DNA of 63,827 nucleotides, filler included, from Choristocarpus tenellus KU-1152 (lineage: Eukaryota; Protista; Phaeophyceae): assembly GCA_964200185.2 (NCBI GenBank). It is 11 parts of 11 records of this genome, joined end to end, with 100 filler letters (N's around TTAATTAATTAA, not from the genome) between each part and the next. Parts side by side here need not be neighbours in the genome. Positions count along the whole stretch, not along the records: positions 10,333 to 15,379 come from CAXNAD020012051.1; positions 15,480 to 20,400 come from CAXNAD020012527.1; positions 20,501 to 26,812 come from CAXNAD020008410.1; 8 more parts are not named here. The stretch is one strand, 5' to 3'. Position numbers and translations under genes: made by a program. This document shows positions 11,401-23,739 of the stretch, piece after piece. Numbering within the stretch: position 1 is the first letter of the stretch; every line of letters begins with the position of its first letter. Under the pieces are notes generated by a model that had not been told where the DNA came from, ran no database searches, and saw only the letters and a program-made list of their open reading frames with translations.

Positions 11401-13816
11401 TTATCCAATATCCCTCGATGTGAAAGAGGTCTGCCCCGTCCACCACCACAACACACTGGACACCCTGTCAAGGGTCCATATTCGAACCCGAAGCCCCAGC
11501 CAGTCCAACCAGACAATGATGGACGGTGACATCCCCATCTCTGACGCCACAAGGCGGTTGATTCTTGCATTTGGTTGAGTTAACGGCAGTCCTTCTGGAT
11601 GGGAAATGCCTTCTCGCTCAAGGAACTTCCTAAACATTGCCTCCTCATCCTGTACACCATCACCAACGTTGCCGGCAGCCCTTTCCCAGAACATCCAACG
11701 GAGTGAGGTCCCCCAAAGCGAAGAATCAGTGTTGAATTCAGACTGCGGTTTGGGATTGGGTATCCTTAGACCACGAGTGGCGCTCTCTGCCAATGTGACC
11801 AGACGATCGCGGGAAGTACCACCAAGTTCCTGCAATACATTAGGGTGGGGGGTAGGGCACATCCTTGTTGTGATCGATATCAATCAGAGTTCATGAAAAC
11901 ATGGCACTACTTACTTTGTTCGAGTTCAGAACACCAACCACCCCAATAACCCAAACCAACATTTCCGCTTGCAATGGCTGCTGCTGCTGTTGCGCCCATG
12001 TGCACTGTGTCAAGCGTTTCTCCTCATCACAGAAGCACAAGAAAGAATGAAAAAAAAGGACTGCAATAAGAACCATGTGGTGTGGGTTCTCTAGCATCAC
12101 CCAGGTATATATGCACCCTGGATGGGCCCAGAAAAAGGTAGAGTACTCACAAGGTTGCCAGCCCAAGACAACGGAGTAATGAATCTCACTAAAAAAAGTA
12201 ATTTTCCTCTCCCCAGGTAGCTGCTGCTAACTCTGCCAAAACACTTACCTATCAAGAACATACCTCACACTCTACTTCTTACATACTCACACACACATTT
12301 ATATGTATGTAAGTATGTATGCGAACACCTGCTGCAGCTCTCATCATTTCCCTAAGACATACACGGTACTGCTCAACAGAGTACCTTGCTTAAATGGGCC
12401 TATCCGCACATCCTCATAGTTTGAGTCCCTCCTCTCCCATGAACCAACACGGAGAAGAGCAAACACTTCATCGTGGTCAAACACTCCTTCCAATGAACTT
12501 CAAGACAATGAGGTTTCATTTCAAACACGCTAGCTATGAAGAATATATACGAGAGTGCCCTGCTCACTACAGCTTTCTGAGAGTAGAGCCGGTCAACTTT
12601 GTTTCAATAGTACACAACAATAAACCATTTTAAAGGTGGTGACAAAACAGTCCTTTTCAGCCATTGTCTAAGACCAGACTCATCCACAACTCTCCCCCCT
12701 CTCCTCCCATGCCAGTCCCTATTTGTAACAGTATTTGGGTGTGATAACTCATTAGGGTGATTGTGCAACATCTTTGGTGAATATCCACTTGGATGAGTGT
12801 ACGGAGAAATCAGAACTATTTGTGATCCAAAACCCTACCCCTGACAATAAAAAAGCACGTAAAGAGTCCAACTCCCCGCCCCCTGAAAAAAAACACATCC
12901 TTGAATTACCTTCACGTATATTATTATTTCATTTAACAAACAAGGGCGCTCAAATGAAACAGACAAACAAAATATTTTCTTACATCACACATCGCTTTTT
13001 TTTTTGAGCCCGCCTACTACTGAAAAAAATTCTACACTCACTCAAGTGCAATAGTATGGACTCCAAACATACAAACCCTAGAAAACATATTTTTTTGAGC
13101 AGCCTACTGTACTTAACCCATCACCCTAACAACACATCATATCACATCACATCACATCACATCACACAACATCCAACACTACTCCACATCCAACACACTG
13201 CCTCTCCCACTTTCCTCGTGAAGTAAACACCAACAACCATACAAAAAAAAATTCCAACGGACAACTGACAGTGCCCACTGAAACAAAACCCAACACACTT
13301 AAAAAGACCTCAGCAAAAAAACAAAAACGAAAAAAAAGTCCCATTTTTTTTCTCTTTTTTCTTTTCCGTTTCTCGCCTCATCCAATTCACACCCAAAGAG
13401 TACCTCTTATACGACATCATTCGCTGCAAGAAGACAATAATAATAATAATAATAATAATAGTAACATCAACAACAACAATAATAATAATAATAATAATAA
13501 TGATAATAATAGTAACATCAACAACAACAATAATAATAATGATAATAATAGTAACATCAACAACAATAATAATAATAATAATAATAATAATGATAATAAT
13601 AGTAACATCAACAACAATAATAATAATAATAACAACAATAACAACACCGCCGCGAGTACCTTGTTGAGGCTGCGAACCAGGTCACTCGTGCGCACGACAA
13701 AGAGGAAGTCCCGAGGCAAGGTCTCCAGGAAGGCGTTCATCTTCTCGGGAGTTAGGACGTCCTTGTACTTCACCTTGAGAGCTTGCCGCTCTTGCTCCGT
13801 GATGCGATTTCCCACC
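11401..13816 (-). CDS. ABC1/aarF (ADCK1/5-like) atypical kinase, last two exons (13816-13660, 11829-11401)
   Basis: Splicing aag|gtactc to ttgcag|gaa gives ..FLETLPRDFLFVVRTSDLVRSLNK-ELGGTSRDRLVTLAESATRGL.., matching the ADCK1/5 C-terminal LPRxxLFxxRTxDLxRSxxxxLG motif. Trp-rich C-terminus. Upstream exons not found before the contig break. Confidence 0.75.
13436..13645. repeat. Compound (AAT)/(AAC) microsatellite with higher-order unit, in ADCK intron
   Basis: AATAATAGTAACATCAACAAC recurs 4 times within AAT runs. Confidence 0.95.
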
Positions 13817-14593
13817 CTTCAAAACAACAGACAAGCAACAGACAAGCAACAGACAAACGCATCACACGTGTGTAAGAAGTGTCTAAGGTTGGTTGGGGCC
13901 GAGGAAGGCGACGAAGGGGGAGGGGATTATCTCATGGTCATGCTTGGGGGAGGATGGAGAGCTAGGGCGGAAGCCAGGACAAAAGTCAGCACGACACCCT
14001 CTGTCTTGAGACACACCAAGATCAAACCGTGTCCACAATGTTCCCGAGGTGCTTCAGTTCTATCTAGTTCACTCTCTCACCTTCACAGGGTCTTTTGCTC
14101 GTTGGGCACTCCACAACAACTATCAGGCGTCTGAAGTATTTGAAAATCAACACGGACTATCCCCGTAAGTCAAACTTAGGGTTAGGGTTATAGGGGGTGA
14201 CAGCCCTTGCCTGAAACGATACTCCTAACAATGGTCATTTGGTCTTTGAAGACAAAAAAAAAAAAAAAACATGCCGGCGATTGACTTGGGGCTGCCTATC
14301 TATAGGGACACTTCTTCTGTGAATCAAAACCTTGTCCTGTATGTACCATACACCCCCAACATGGGGTACGGTCAACCAGAGTCAAGATCAACACCAACAC
14401 CCCCACAGATCACAACCAAAACTACTATAGCTATTGCCCCATTCGTTCATCCAAAAACGGCATATATGAAAGGAGTTCAGTAATAAGATCACACAAACAA
14501 ATACATTTAAAACACACATCATTGATCACAACGGTTTAAAAATGATAAAAATGCCTCCTAAATATATATTTTTTACTTTTTGCAGGACCTTTC

Positions 14594-14880
14594 ACCGGGC
14601 CGGGCCGGGCCGGGCGGGTTATGGTTATGGTTAGGGTTATGGTTATGGTTATGGTTAGGGTTAGCACTTCCACTGTCAGCCGTATGACCTCAGTCCCACC
14701 ATGTCAAAACAGTTGATGGCCATGGACTCGGCCATGGCCATCAACTCACTTGTACTGGGCCAATGGACAAACCCGGCCATGTTCAAGTAGTGATGGCCAT
14801 GGACCTGGTCATGTTAGAAAATTTTACCTACAGCCCGGTGTGTAAAATCCACTTGATACACAGGCCGGCCATGTCTTAGC
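14594..14880. repeat. (CCGGG)n plus telomere-like (TTAGGG/TTATGG)n plus GGCCATGG palindromic repeats
   Basis: Seen directly, including a 15-bp perfect inverted repeat at 14711-14746. Confidence 0.7.
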
Positions 14881-14983
14881 ACATTACACAGACCCATTCC
14901 ATTCGCCGTGAATAGTCTGGTGATAGACAGTACTATGTCTTCGACACTCCAATGAGGTCCAGCCCGTGATTGGTGACAATCAG

Positions 14984-15039
<56 letters not shown>
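14984..15039 (+). repeat. (CAG)n microsatellite
   Basis: Seen directly. Confidence 0.95.
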
Positions 15040-15042
<3 letters not shown>

Positions 15043-15299
15043 AAAGGAGGACTGTTCCTTCCAGGAGAAGCAAAGCACTACGTAAAAAAATAATTTCGCA
15101 AAAAAAATAACATATATTCCAGGAATCAACTCTCTTATTGCATAGACTTACCTATGCTCTGAATATAACACATACCTAACATATATTTTCTGCATATAGG
15201 ATGTACGCAATACATCAAGCCCCAGCCCCCACCCAATTTCCCTTGAAATGTGATTTTCTTTCACTGCAAAAAATACACTGCTATTGAACCGTCACAGAA

Positions 15300-15351
<52 letters not shown>

Positions 15352-15479
15352 CCCTCCCCCTCTTCCTTCTCTCTCCCCCNNNNNNNNNNNNNNNNNNNNN
15401 NNNNNNNNNNNNNNNNNNNNNNNTTAATTAATTAANNNNNNNNNNNNNNNNNNNNNNNNNNNNNNNNNNNNNNNNNNNN

Positions 15480-16190
15480 GTTTACTAGAGTGGTAACTGG
15501 TGTGGGGGTGAGTGGGGTTCAATAGGGGTGAAAGGGGTGGTAGAGACCGGGAATCAGTGGCGAAGGGGTCGCACTGGCTGGTCATCGGATGGGGAGGGTG
15601 ACAAGAAATCAGTGGCGAAAGGGGTTCGCCCGGGTGGTGATCGGATGGAAGGGATGACTGGAAATCAGTGGCAAAAGGGTTTTGTCCTGGTTGGTCATCA
15701 GAGTTGGGGTGGCTGGAAATCAGTGGCAAAGCGGTTTTGCCCTGGTTGGTCACAAGGGGGGTTAGAATAGGGAGAGGAGAGGATTAGGGAGGAATGCAAA
15801 AATATATAATAAAAGAATAATAATATTCCAGAATTCGTGAGCAAAACAAAGTGAAGAATATTCATCTGTTCGGTATTTTACTACCATCTATTTTTTACCA
15901 CTGCCCTCCGGTGTATCCAACCTACGTATTCCTGCACCCCAGGGCAAGGAGGTAGGGAAATATCCTAAGAATCCAACAAGCCCCTCCTTGGCTATCTCCC
16001 TGATGACTACAACATAAAACGAATGATACGTCCAGATAGGGTCACTTCCGTTGCTACCGAGACTATTTGTCGTAGACCGGATTTGACCTCCCCTTTCCTG
16101 CCAGAGACTCCAGTTCCTCTCCCCTCTACCACCGTAATAATTTGTTTGGGACGGTGTCACTAACTGAACCAGATCTACATGCATTTATAT
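15480..16190. repeat. Dispersed repeat family E with ~55-bp tandem units (second copy ~58440-58940)
   Basis: Four units GAAATCAGTGGC..GGTCATC at 15550-15770. Motifs AGAATTCGTGAGCAAAACAAA, ACCACTGCC..CCCAGGG and TGTCGTAGAC.GGATTTGAC are shared with 58440-58940. Confidence 0.75.
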
Positions 16191-16559
16191 TAACATTTTT
16201 ATCATACGAATGGTGAATTCTATTGGTGGTACAGTTGTTACCTTTGATGCCATCTCCTGTTCTGAATTGAATTAGTCTCTCGGTTTAGTTGAAGGTACGA
16301 CTTGACTTATTGGCCTTGTATTTTATTATTATGCCCACTGACATTTTGCAGATGTGTGTGAAACAGATGGAAACAAGCCGACAGGTTCTTCATACTGAAG
16401 AGGAGTGGGAAGACCCACAGGAGGAGGCAAGGAAAAGGAGAGAGACAAGTCAAGAGGGAGAACAATCCCTCAGGAGATCACTCAGGAAAATAGTGAACAA
16501 GTGACAAGTGAATGAGGTGGGTTTACAAGGTCCCGTTAAACCACCAGCTATTTTCTTCA

Positions 16560-16900
16560 AGCACATGATACCTTCAACGTGCAAAAACAGATGTCACATG
16601 AATATCAGATTCTTCAAGATAGGTTACCTTCAAGGTATACCTTCTTTGGAAGATGGCTCTCACATGTGCATGTATTTATTATTGTGCCCTCTAAACTTTG
16701 GGCATATTTGTTGAAATGCTGGCACCGTCCCCATTCAAAATATCATAGCGTCATATCGCTCCACCTACGGACGATTTTCTGGTCTGGAATTGGCCAATTG
16801 ATGGAAGACATCATATCCGTCACTGCATAAGTGACTCTCTCGACACTTTTCCTTCGTTTCAAGCTAGAAGCACTGGACAGCAGGTGGGCAAGAAGGGGCC
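16560..16900 (+). mobile_element. Ty3/Gypsy integrase zinc-binding region remnant
   Basis: IIVPSKLWAYLLKCWHRPHSKY...IFWSGIGQLMEDII matches the Gypsy pattern IVVPxxLRxxVLxxLHxxHxG...WWPGIxxDIExxV. Confidence 0.65.
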
Positions 16901-17389
16901 TGACAGAGTCATGGGAAGCTTCCCTAGGTCCTCGCCCACCTTACGTTGTAGGTCTGAGCTAGGTTCCAACCACGTCAGTGTACACATTGCTTAGCACAAA
17001 ATAATATTCAAGGGGACATTCTTGTATTGTTAGTTTCCAAATAGTTCATATTTAGGAGGTGTCTTAGCATTGACGACAACGATTGGTTGTATCTATAGTA
17101 GTCCTTCTCAAGTAGTGTTTGTCTTGGTTTTCCCCTCGCCCCAACAAACCTGAAAAAAATATGAGGGCATAACTGTTAATATTAGTAAGATTTGTTTGTA
17201 TATGAATTGGGTCGGGAAATCTTGACATAGATCGGATGTTGGCGCCGTGATGACTAAGAGAGCCCTACCTCTTACTGAGAGGGGTGTACTTACCTGTGCA
17301 GCTTTGGCATGAGTTGTGCATTGTACATTTACATTCACTCGGTGTAATGTGGACACTCCACCAAATGCACTATTCTATACGAAAAAAAT

Positions 17390-17610
17390 CGACCAAAGGA
17401 AGCTAGAGGTATCCAGGTATTGGGCGTCTTACGTTTTACGTTAACTTTTCTTATCTTTTCCAATTCACCCATACTTCTATGGATGAAGTTCTAAGTTTGT
17501 CTTTAGAGCGTTTATTTCTCGATTGTATTAAAATTTCTAATACAATTCAGAAAATAGCCAGTACACATTCTTCAAAAGCAACTCTGGGTACCTCTCGTTT
17601 ACTTTGACTC
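17390..17610 (+). mobile_element. MITE family C (~220-250 bp)
   Basis: Ends GACCAAAGGAAGCTAGAGGTATCCAGG...CTGGGTACCTCTCGTTTACTTTGACTC. Homologues at ~26010-26250, 60266-60704 and a partial copy ending at 24654. Confidence 0.8.
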
Positions 17611-17611
17611 A

Positions 17612-17796
17612 GACCCAAAGTATCTCTGTGTGTATGTGTGGGGGGTCTACACCAGGGTGTCCATTTGGGACAAAACCAGGAAAAGTGCACTTATATTACC
17701 CGTCCGAAGTATGCAACCAAATCACCCAAAAATCGTGGAATGGAAAAATTGACCCCAAATGGACAGCCGCCACCCCCCCCCCAGATACTTTGAGCC
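17612..17796 (+). mobile_element. MITE family B (~180 bp), TSD TCA
   Basis: TIR GACCCAAAGTATCT...AGATACTTTGAGCC, with TCA at 17609-17611 and 17797-17799. Confidence 0.9.
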
Positions 17797-17820
17797 TCAT
17801 CGCTCTCACCACTACAAATT

Positions 17821-18002
17821 GACTCAAAGTATCTGGGGGGGGGGGTGGGGTCTACACTAGGGTGTCCATTCGGGTCCTAACCAGGAAAAGTGCACTTCAT
17901 TATCCATCCGACGCATGCAATCAAATCACCCAAAAACGCGACATACATATAAAAAATAGACCTCAAATGGACAGTCGCCACCCCCCCCAGATACTTCGAG
18001 CC
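17821..18002 (+). mobile_element. MITE family B, TSD ATT
   Basis: GACTCAAAGTATCTGGGG...CCCCAGATACTTCGAGCC, with ATT on both flanks. Confidence 0.9.
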
Positions 18003-18361
18003 ATTCTTCCTCGTGCACTGAATCTGATCTTTTGCAAACAGAAGTGGACTGATCATACTGCTTGTCCTGCAAAGAAAAATGCCCTTGTTGCGAAGTTGTG
18101 AACACTGGGTGTGACAGTGTCGAGATGATTATCGTTCATTATTTGTACGAAAGAGAGACTCCTGTTGTTTGCAAGGTCAGTTGCACACGCATTAGAGAAT
18201 GATTAAGTACCCCCTAAGTAATACGGTGTCAATGATGTTCGTTCAAATAACACACTTCCGGATAGAAAATGTGATTGAGGTGGACACGAGGAGAACAACT
18301 GGTGGATGTGGCTACAAAACGACGTTTGGAAGTTTGGGATCACGGCTATTGAGGGATGGAG

Positions 18362-18960
18362 TACTACCTCCGTGCCGTAAGTCTGTGCCGCGTTGTCCAT
18401 AACTCCTTAAGATGTAGATGAAATTATTTTCTGAAAAAAGATTTGGAATCCTTGACGAAATTATGGTTAGTGTAAGTTCTTTTATATTATTATTACTCCC
18501 CATACATCACAATTTTATCAGTCACATAAAATGCCTCAATGACTACCTAGGCGTGTTTTTGAACTCACCGGACAACTGCCTCTTCCTTACCCCTTTGTGC
18601 TCCACACTGAGGCCATCCCCCCCTTTGTATCTAAGTACTTCATTGTACACCACAAAACGAGCTGCAAAGCCCTCTCATGTGTGGTCTCATCATGCATACT
18701 GTTTCTTAATGAAAGTTGTGTTTGTGCACCTGGGGAGACGATACGTGAGGAACTCCAGACCCACTCACATACACGCAGAGAATCTTCACCAAAACAACCA
18801 GCAAAAACCACGGCATTCAATCTTACCACAGAATGCAAGGCATCGACACTCGAAGCCATATACCTAGCCTCCTCAACTCACCTGTCCAATTCGCTGGCCA
18901 TCCTTCCTTTCTCCCTCATACCCTCATCCATCTGGATGTTTCTCTGTCCCCTGGTTGAGG
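18362..18960 (-). mobile_element. Deleted plant-type (DD39D-like) mariner element with Stowaway-like terminus
   Basis: TA-CTACCTCCGT at 18362 resembles the CTCCCTCCGT TIR of DD39D mariners/Stowaway. 18560-18710 is homologous to the transposase C-terminus at 52975-53120. Confidence 0.6.
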
Positions 18961-20500
18961 CACACAAGAAAAGAGACACAGATCACATGATAAGCGCAGA
19001 ACAATGAGAGGCAAAGTGCTTTGTAAGTGCTTTCGCGGATCACCTGTCTTTACACACAACATACGTACCTACTAAGAACCTGTGAGATGCCTTGTTAACA
19101 GCACAATTTCAAATACACGTATCTGAACAACATACTGCAGCATGTCAGAAGGATCTCATTGTGCAACCATAACACAACTGCAAGGAGAAATGCATTCATT
19201 TCTGCACCTGGTGTAGCCCAAACTGTTTCCAGATTGATCAGCTTCAAAACACAATCATTGCAGCTGGTCTGTCCAAGAGGTATCAGATTTTATCTTATAA
19301 GAGCTCACAAGAAGCAGGGTGACAACAAGAGGTGTCATTGGAGGAATCTTCCTTGTGCATGAAAATTCGCAGCATGCCAAAAATACACATGCATCGTCAT
19401 TTATCGGCTGCAATACTAACTGTTCTGTCTCATTTCTTTCACACAATCATTAACTATTAATAGTAGTGCAAGCATCACGGAGTCATCTATACTGTGTGTG
19501 ATCAATGTCGATAAACATATCCAGTAATACCAAGAAAGGGTCACATAAGCCAGAGATATGTCCATCACGAGTGTGTGGCACCAAATTCTCTTTATACACC
19601 AATTCCAACTCAGCAATAACGAACAAAGAATTCAACATCCAAAATCAAACCACAAGGCAATGGTATGGAGTGATACCAAATATTGTCAGTTTTAATAGCA
19701 GTATCATCTACTGCAATGATTGTATACTACTCTCGAACACTTTGCACTTCAGATTATAGAGAGTAAGACATTTCAACTCAAGATCACCAAACGTGCTGGG
19801 TACTCTTTGCCGGAACAGGATTCTACTTGCTGCAATACAGTGTTGCACTAGAATCAAAACAGCTTAGCCATTAGGTTTGACTAAATCTACATTTCTTTCT
19901 CACTCTCACTTTCACACCCCAGTTGCACACATCAAGGGGCTTCCATGACATTGGGCTCTAAACCACACCAGTAGAGCACCTTCAGCAATATCCCTCTCCT
20001 TACCTGCAAATCTACTATCACTTGTAACTAATGTGACGAATATAAATAAATAACAGAACAGTCTCAACAGTGGTCTAGTTATTCACAATGGAAACATTAA
20101 GCACAGGCATTCATGCCCAAAGGAGATATTCCTGCCATCCATTACTCGTAAAATGCACACTACATCCTCTACACACTTTTTTTCACTTTCACCACCTTAC
20201 CTAGGCAGGATTGATGAGGCAGACTGAGCCTAAGGTGGATCTAGGCACCTCCCATACAAGGACATCAAATCAATGCCATCAGTTTATCTCAAACAACATT
20301 CTCGCTAGAAGAAGCCACATTTGTGCACCTGTGGAAGAATTCAGTGAGGAACTTCACAGCCATTGTTGTGTATACAGTTACCCAAAGCATTTTTTTTGGG
20401 NNNNNNNNNNNNNNNNNNNNNNNNNNNNNNNNNNNNNNNNNNNNTTAATTAATTAANNNNNNNNNNNNNNNNNNNNNNNNNNNNNNNNNNNNNNNNNNNN

Positions 20501-23021
20501 GCCATCCTTTCCCCCCCCCCAGATCTGTGGACACTTAACCCTGGCACCAGTACCAGCCTCAGGCCTCCCACTGCCTGCAGCACCTCCTTTATTGCCCCTA
20601 GCCGGTTGTGCGGCAAAAGGTGGAAGGCAAAAGCGCAACTGCCAACCATGCCCTTCCACAGACGATGTCATTGATCCAAACATCACCAGACGGTGCAGGC
20701 GGAGACGCAAGAACCTTGCCCTTGCCAACAAGTCTGACCGGGCCCTATCCAAAGCCATGAGTGCTGGGAAGGCCAGGGACGATGGGGGTGGCCCCGCTGC
20801 ATCCAAAAGGAGATCTATCACGCGGGCCTCATGACCACGGGCCTCAGCACTCCAAAATCTTGACCTGGGTCTGGTGTCACTACTACCAGCACCATCATTG
20901 CTGATACTGTCAACACCATCTTGAGAGAGTGCATCAAAAACTCCCTCAATGTCATCAAGGGCAGATGAGCCGAGCACTGCTCCAGAAATAAACCCTGGCA
21001 AGGGTGGTGCCAGGGTAGAAAGAGTTGCCAGAGCTGTGGAAGGGGGGACAGAACTCTGGTCCTCATTTTCGCGATTGCCACTGGTGCATACAGCACTAGT
21101 CAGCCTGTCTTCCATCATAGTGGGCACCGTCAACCCTACCCCAACTCCAGCACGGACATCCTCGGTCGCTGCATGTTCCATCTGCTGCCTAAGCTTCTCC
21201 CCCCGATTCAGCAGTTGCACCAAGAGCAATTCATCTGTGCTAGAAATCTTTAGGGCAGGAGCTGGTGGTTTGGCATGGTTTGGATCTGGAGAACCAGGAC
21301 TAGTCGCTCCTATTGAGGGGGCAGAAACCGCCTCTCTCATGGAAATGGGGATGGAACTGTTCCCATGAGTCTCAATTGTTGAGCAAACAATCTCTTGGGC
21401 AGACATAGAGCTTATTCCATCAGCATTCTCCCCCCAGCCTTGTACATGGTTCTGATTGTCCCCCAATACATCCCCCTTACCCTGCCCCAGGCTTTGATGC
21501 ACTTCTCCCAAAATGTTCTCATGTGGATTTGCATGCGCATTCTGGTGTGTTCCTTGCCTCATAGAATCCACCTGACTCATCCACTTCTCTCTTCCAGTCA
21601 ATGCAGCAGTAGCAAAGGTAACTCCTGTGGTTGTGGTGGGGCCATCACTAGAGTTCTCCCCCATTCCCAATTTTCTCTCTCTCTTCCTATCCCTTGTGCT
21701 CCACTGCCAGGTGCCATGAGGCCTAGGTTCCGCCTCTCCCTTGCCCTCAGGGAGCTGGTACAGCACACCACGTGCAGAAGGCCACACCGGAAGGTCATCA
21801 CCATCATCAAAGTTAGCAAGTGCCTCATTAAGCTGAAAGGAGGAGAGTGACCCTGGCACAGGAATCGCGGAGTATTGCACTGGGGGAGACGCCAAATTTT
21901 TTGGAAGATCTTGGTCTTTATGGGAAACCCATCCTGAGATGGACGGCATTTTGGTCTGTTTCCCTGCCCCTGATTCTGTCTGTGCCCATATAGCTGCTCC
22001 AGCTCTTCCTCCTGTACCCATACTCTTCTCTTTTTCCTCAACAACGCCATGGGTACGATCACTGCGACTTGGGGGATTTTTTCCCAACAACCCTTTCATT
22101 AGTCCTCCTGCTTCTGCGCCAGCAGAAGCACAGGACGTGTCCATATCTGTTGTATCCAGCAGACGGTGGAGTTTGCAGTCGGGTCCAAAAGAAGCAACAA
22201 GTTGAACGCAGACCTCGCCTACGTGCCTGCCTTCGGTCGTCGCCAGAATAGGAAAGTATGCATCCGCGATAACTGCTCTTCCCTCACCCAGGGGCTGTCC
22301 CTGCCCCTTCCCCTGTAGTCGTCCGTCCCAGCCGCCCATGGGGATCACACATTGACCAATCTGCGAAGATTTTCTCTGGTTACTATTGTGCAGAAGGACT
22401 TCCAGGGTAACATGACCCTGTCATAAAAGAAACACATAGGGGGACGGGCTGATGAGACGGGTTGGATTTTGACCTCAACGTCATCGGCAGCAGCCTTTCC
22501 AAGTGAGAAGAGCAGGGAAGGTGCTATCATCCTTCTTCTGGAATATAGCCTTGTGGGGTAATGCGCAAACTTACCATGTCGTACAGATAAGCAGACAAGC
22601 CATCTAGTCCACACCGCAAGGGGAACAGGGCACAAGTTGCTTTAGACGGAACAACTTGGCTTGCCATCTTCCCCCCCTTATCCTGAACGTCCAGTACGTT
22701 GGGCTTGAACACAGTACCAGGGCCGGATTCTCCCCACCATTGCACCCTCACGACAAAGAGAGGTTTGCTCGCTTGTTGGTCACTTGGCCGATGGTTTGGG
22801 CGGAGTGCCCCCCTTTTCAGATATATGCAGGGGACACAAAGTATCATCTCACCAGCCAGTTCTCCACCAACCATGGGAGGAAGGTTGGTAGAAATAGTGA
22901 AACTTTCCTCGTCATTCCTAAGAACATCGTTACCTTCCAAAGGCAAAATGGGCATCCTTTTGAGGGTGAAGGAGAGCAAGTTTCTCAAAGCATTTTCAAA
23001 TTCGGGAATCCTAGCAAGCAA
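20501..23021 (-). CDS. C2CD3: C2 domain-containing protein 3 (centriole distal-end protein), 5' part; exons 23021-22575 and 22417-20501 (truncated by contig end)
   Basis: TNLPPMVGGELAG..VVRVQWWGESGPGTVF..FPLRCGLDGLSAYLYDM|GHVTLEV matches the C2CD3 N-terminal C2 domain (SLPPLVEGQL..VRVRWWGE..YAIRCGPKQFTSYLTDM..LEV). Phase-0 intron gtaagt..gacag. A second C2 domain appears to start at ARARFLRLRLHRL. Confidence 0.85.
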
Positions 23022-23739
23022 ATTTCCTCGTTAGGGTAAAATTACAACCTCAGCAATCCTCCCAAAATCGGCGTTGATAGGGTGCTCTGTCTACCTAACA
23101 CCAGGGACACTTCAGGACATTTGATCCTCCTGAACCTCCTCTATTCACTTTTCAAATTTCTATCCCACCGATTTCTCCTGAGCATAAATTGTACTATTTG
23201 TTTCTTTCGTGTATTTGCGTTTGTGACGCTAAGGTTTGTGGTATACTATTGGTGTTTTATTGCTCCGATTAAGCTCTTACTACTCTCTTCAATAGTTTTG
23301 GTAAGTTTGGGTTTGGGAGTGGAGTGTGATATTGGAACACCGTTACAGGGATGGAGCAATACGACCCTCCATTGTTGGTTTACAATTCTCTGTTAACCCC
23401 GTTACCCAGAGCCCAAAGTTACTCATCTTGCACATTTTTGCAACATTTTTTTTCTCCAGAGACATGCATTGCAAGGCACAGCCCCCTCCTGCACCTTTCT
23501 TTCCTCTTCTCCCCCAAACACTCCCCCCTGTGTCTTCCTCTGATCTTGCTGCACCTGGAGCACTGTGGCTGCTTAGTGGCGGATCTTCTCCTCCCCCTCT
23601 TTCCCCTAGCACAGTCCGCCAGTTTTTGCCACTTGCACACATCCCCGCCACCGTTCATTTTCTCCCAGCACTACCTCACCTCAGTGGAAAACAACTGGTG
23701 GTGGAACTTCCACTCCTCTTCCCCCAACAGCACAAGCTT

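Noticed and set aside
13271-14134. 287-aa poly-Asn ORF and the antisense poly-Leu extension
   Set aside because: Microsatellite read-through. Only 13660-13816 on the minus strand is a real exon.
15550-15770. CRISPR-like array (conserved ~35-bp unit with variable linker)
   Set aside because: The units are degenerate, the linkers resemble each other, there are no cas genes and the context is eukaryotic. It is a minisatellite within repeat E.
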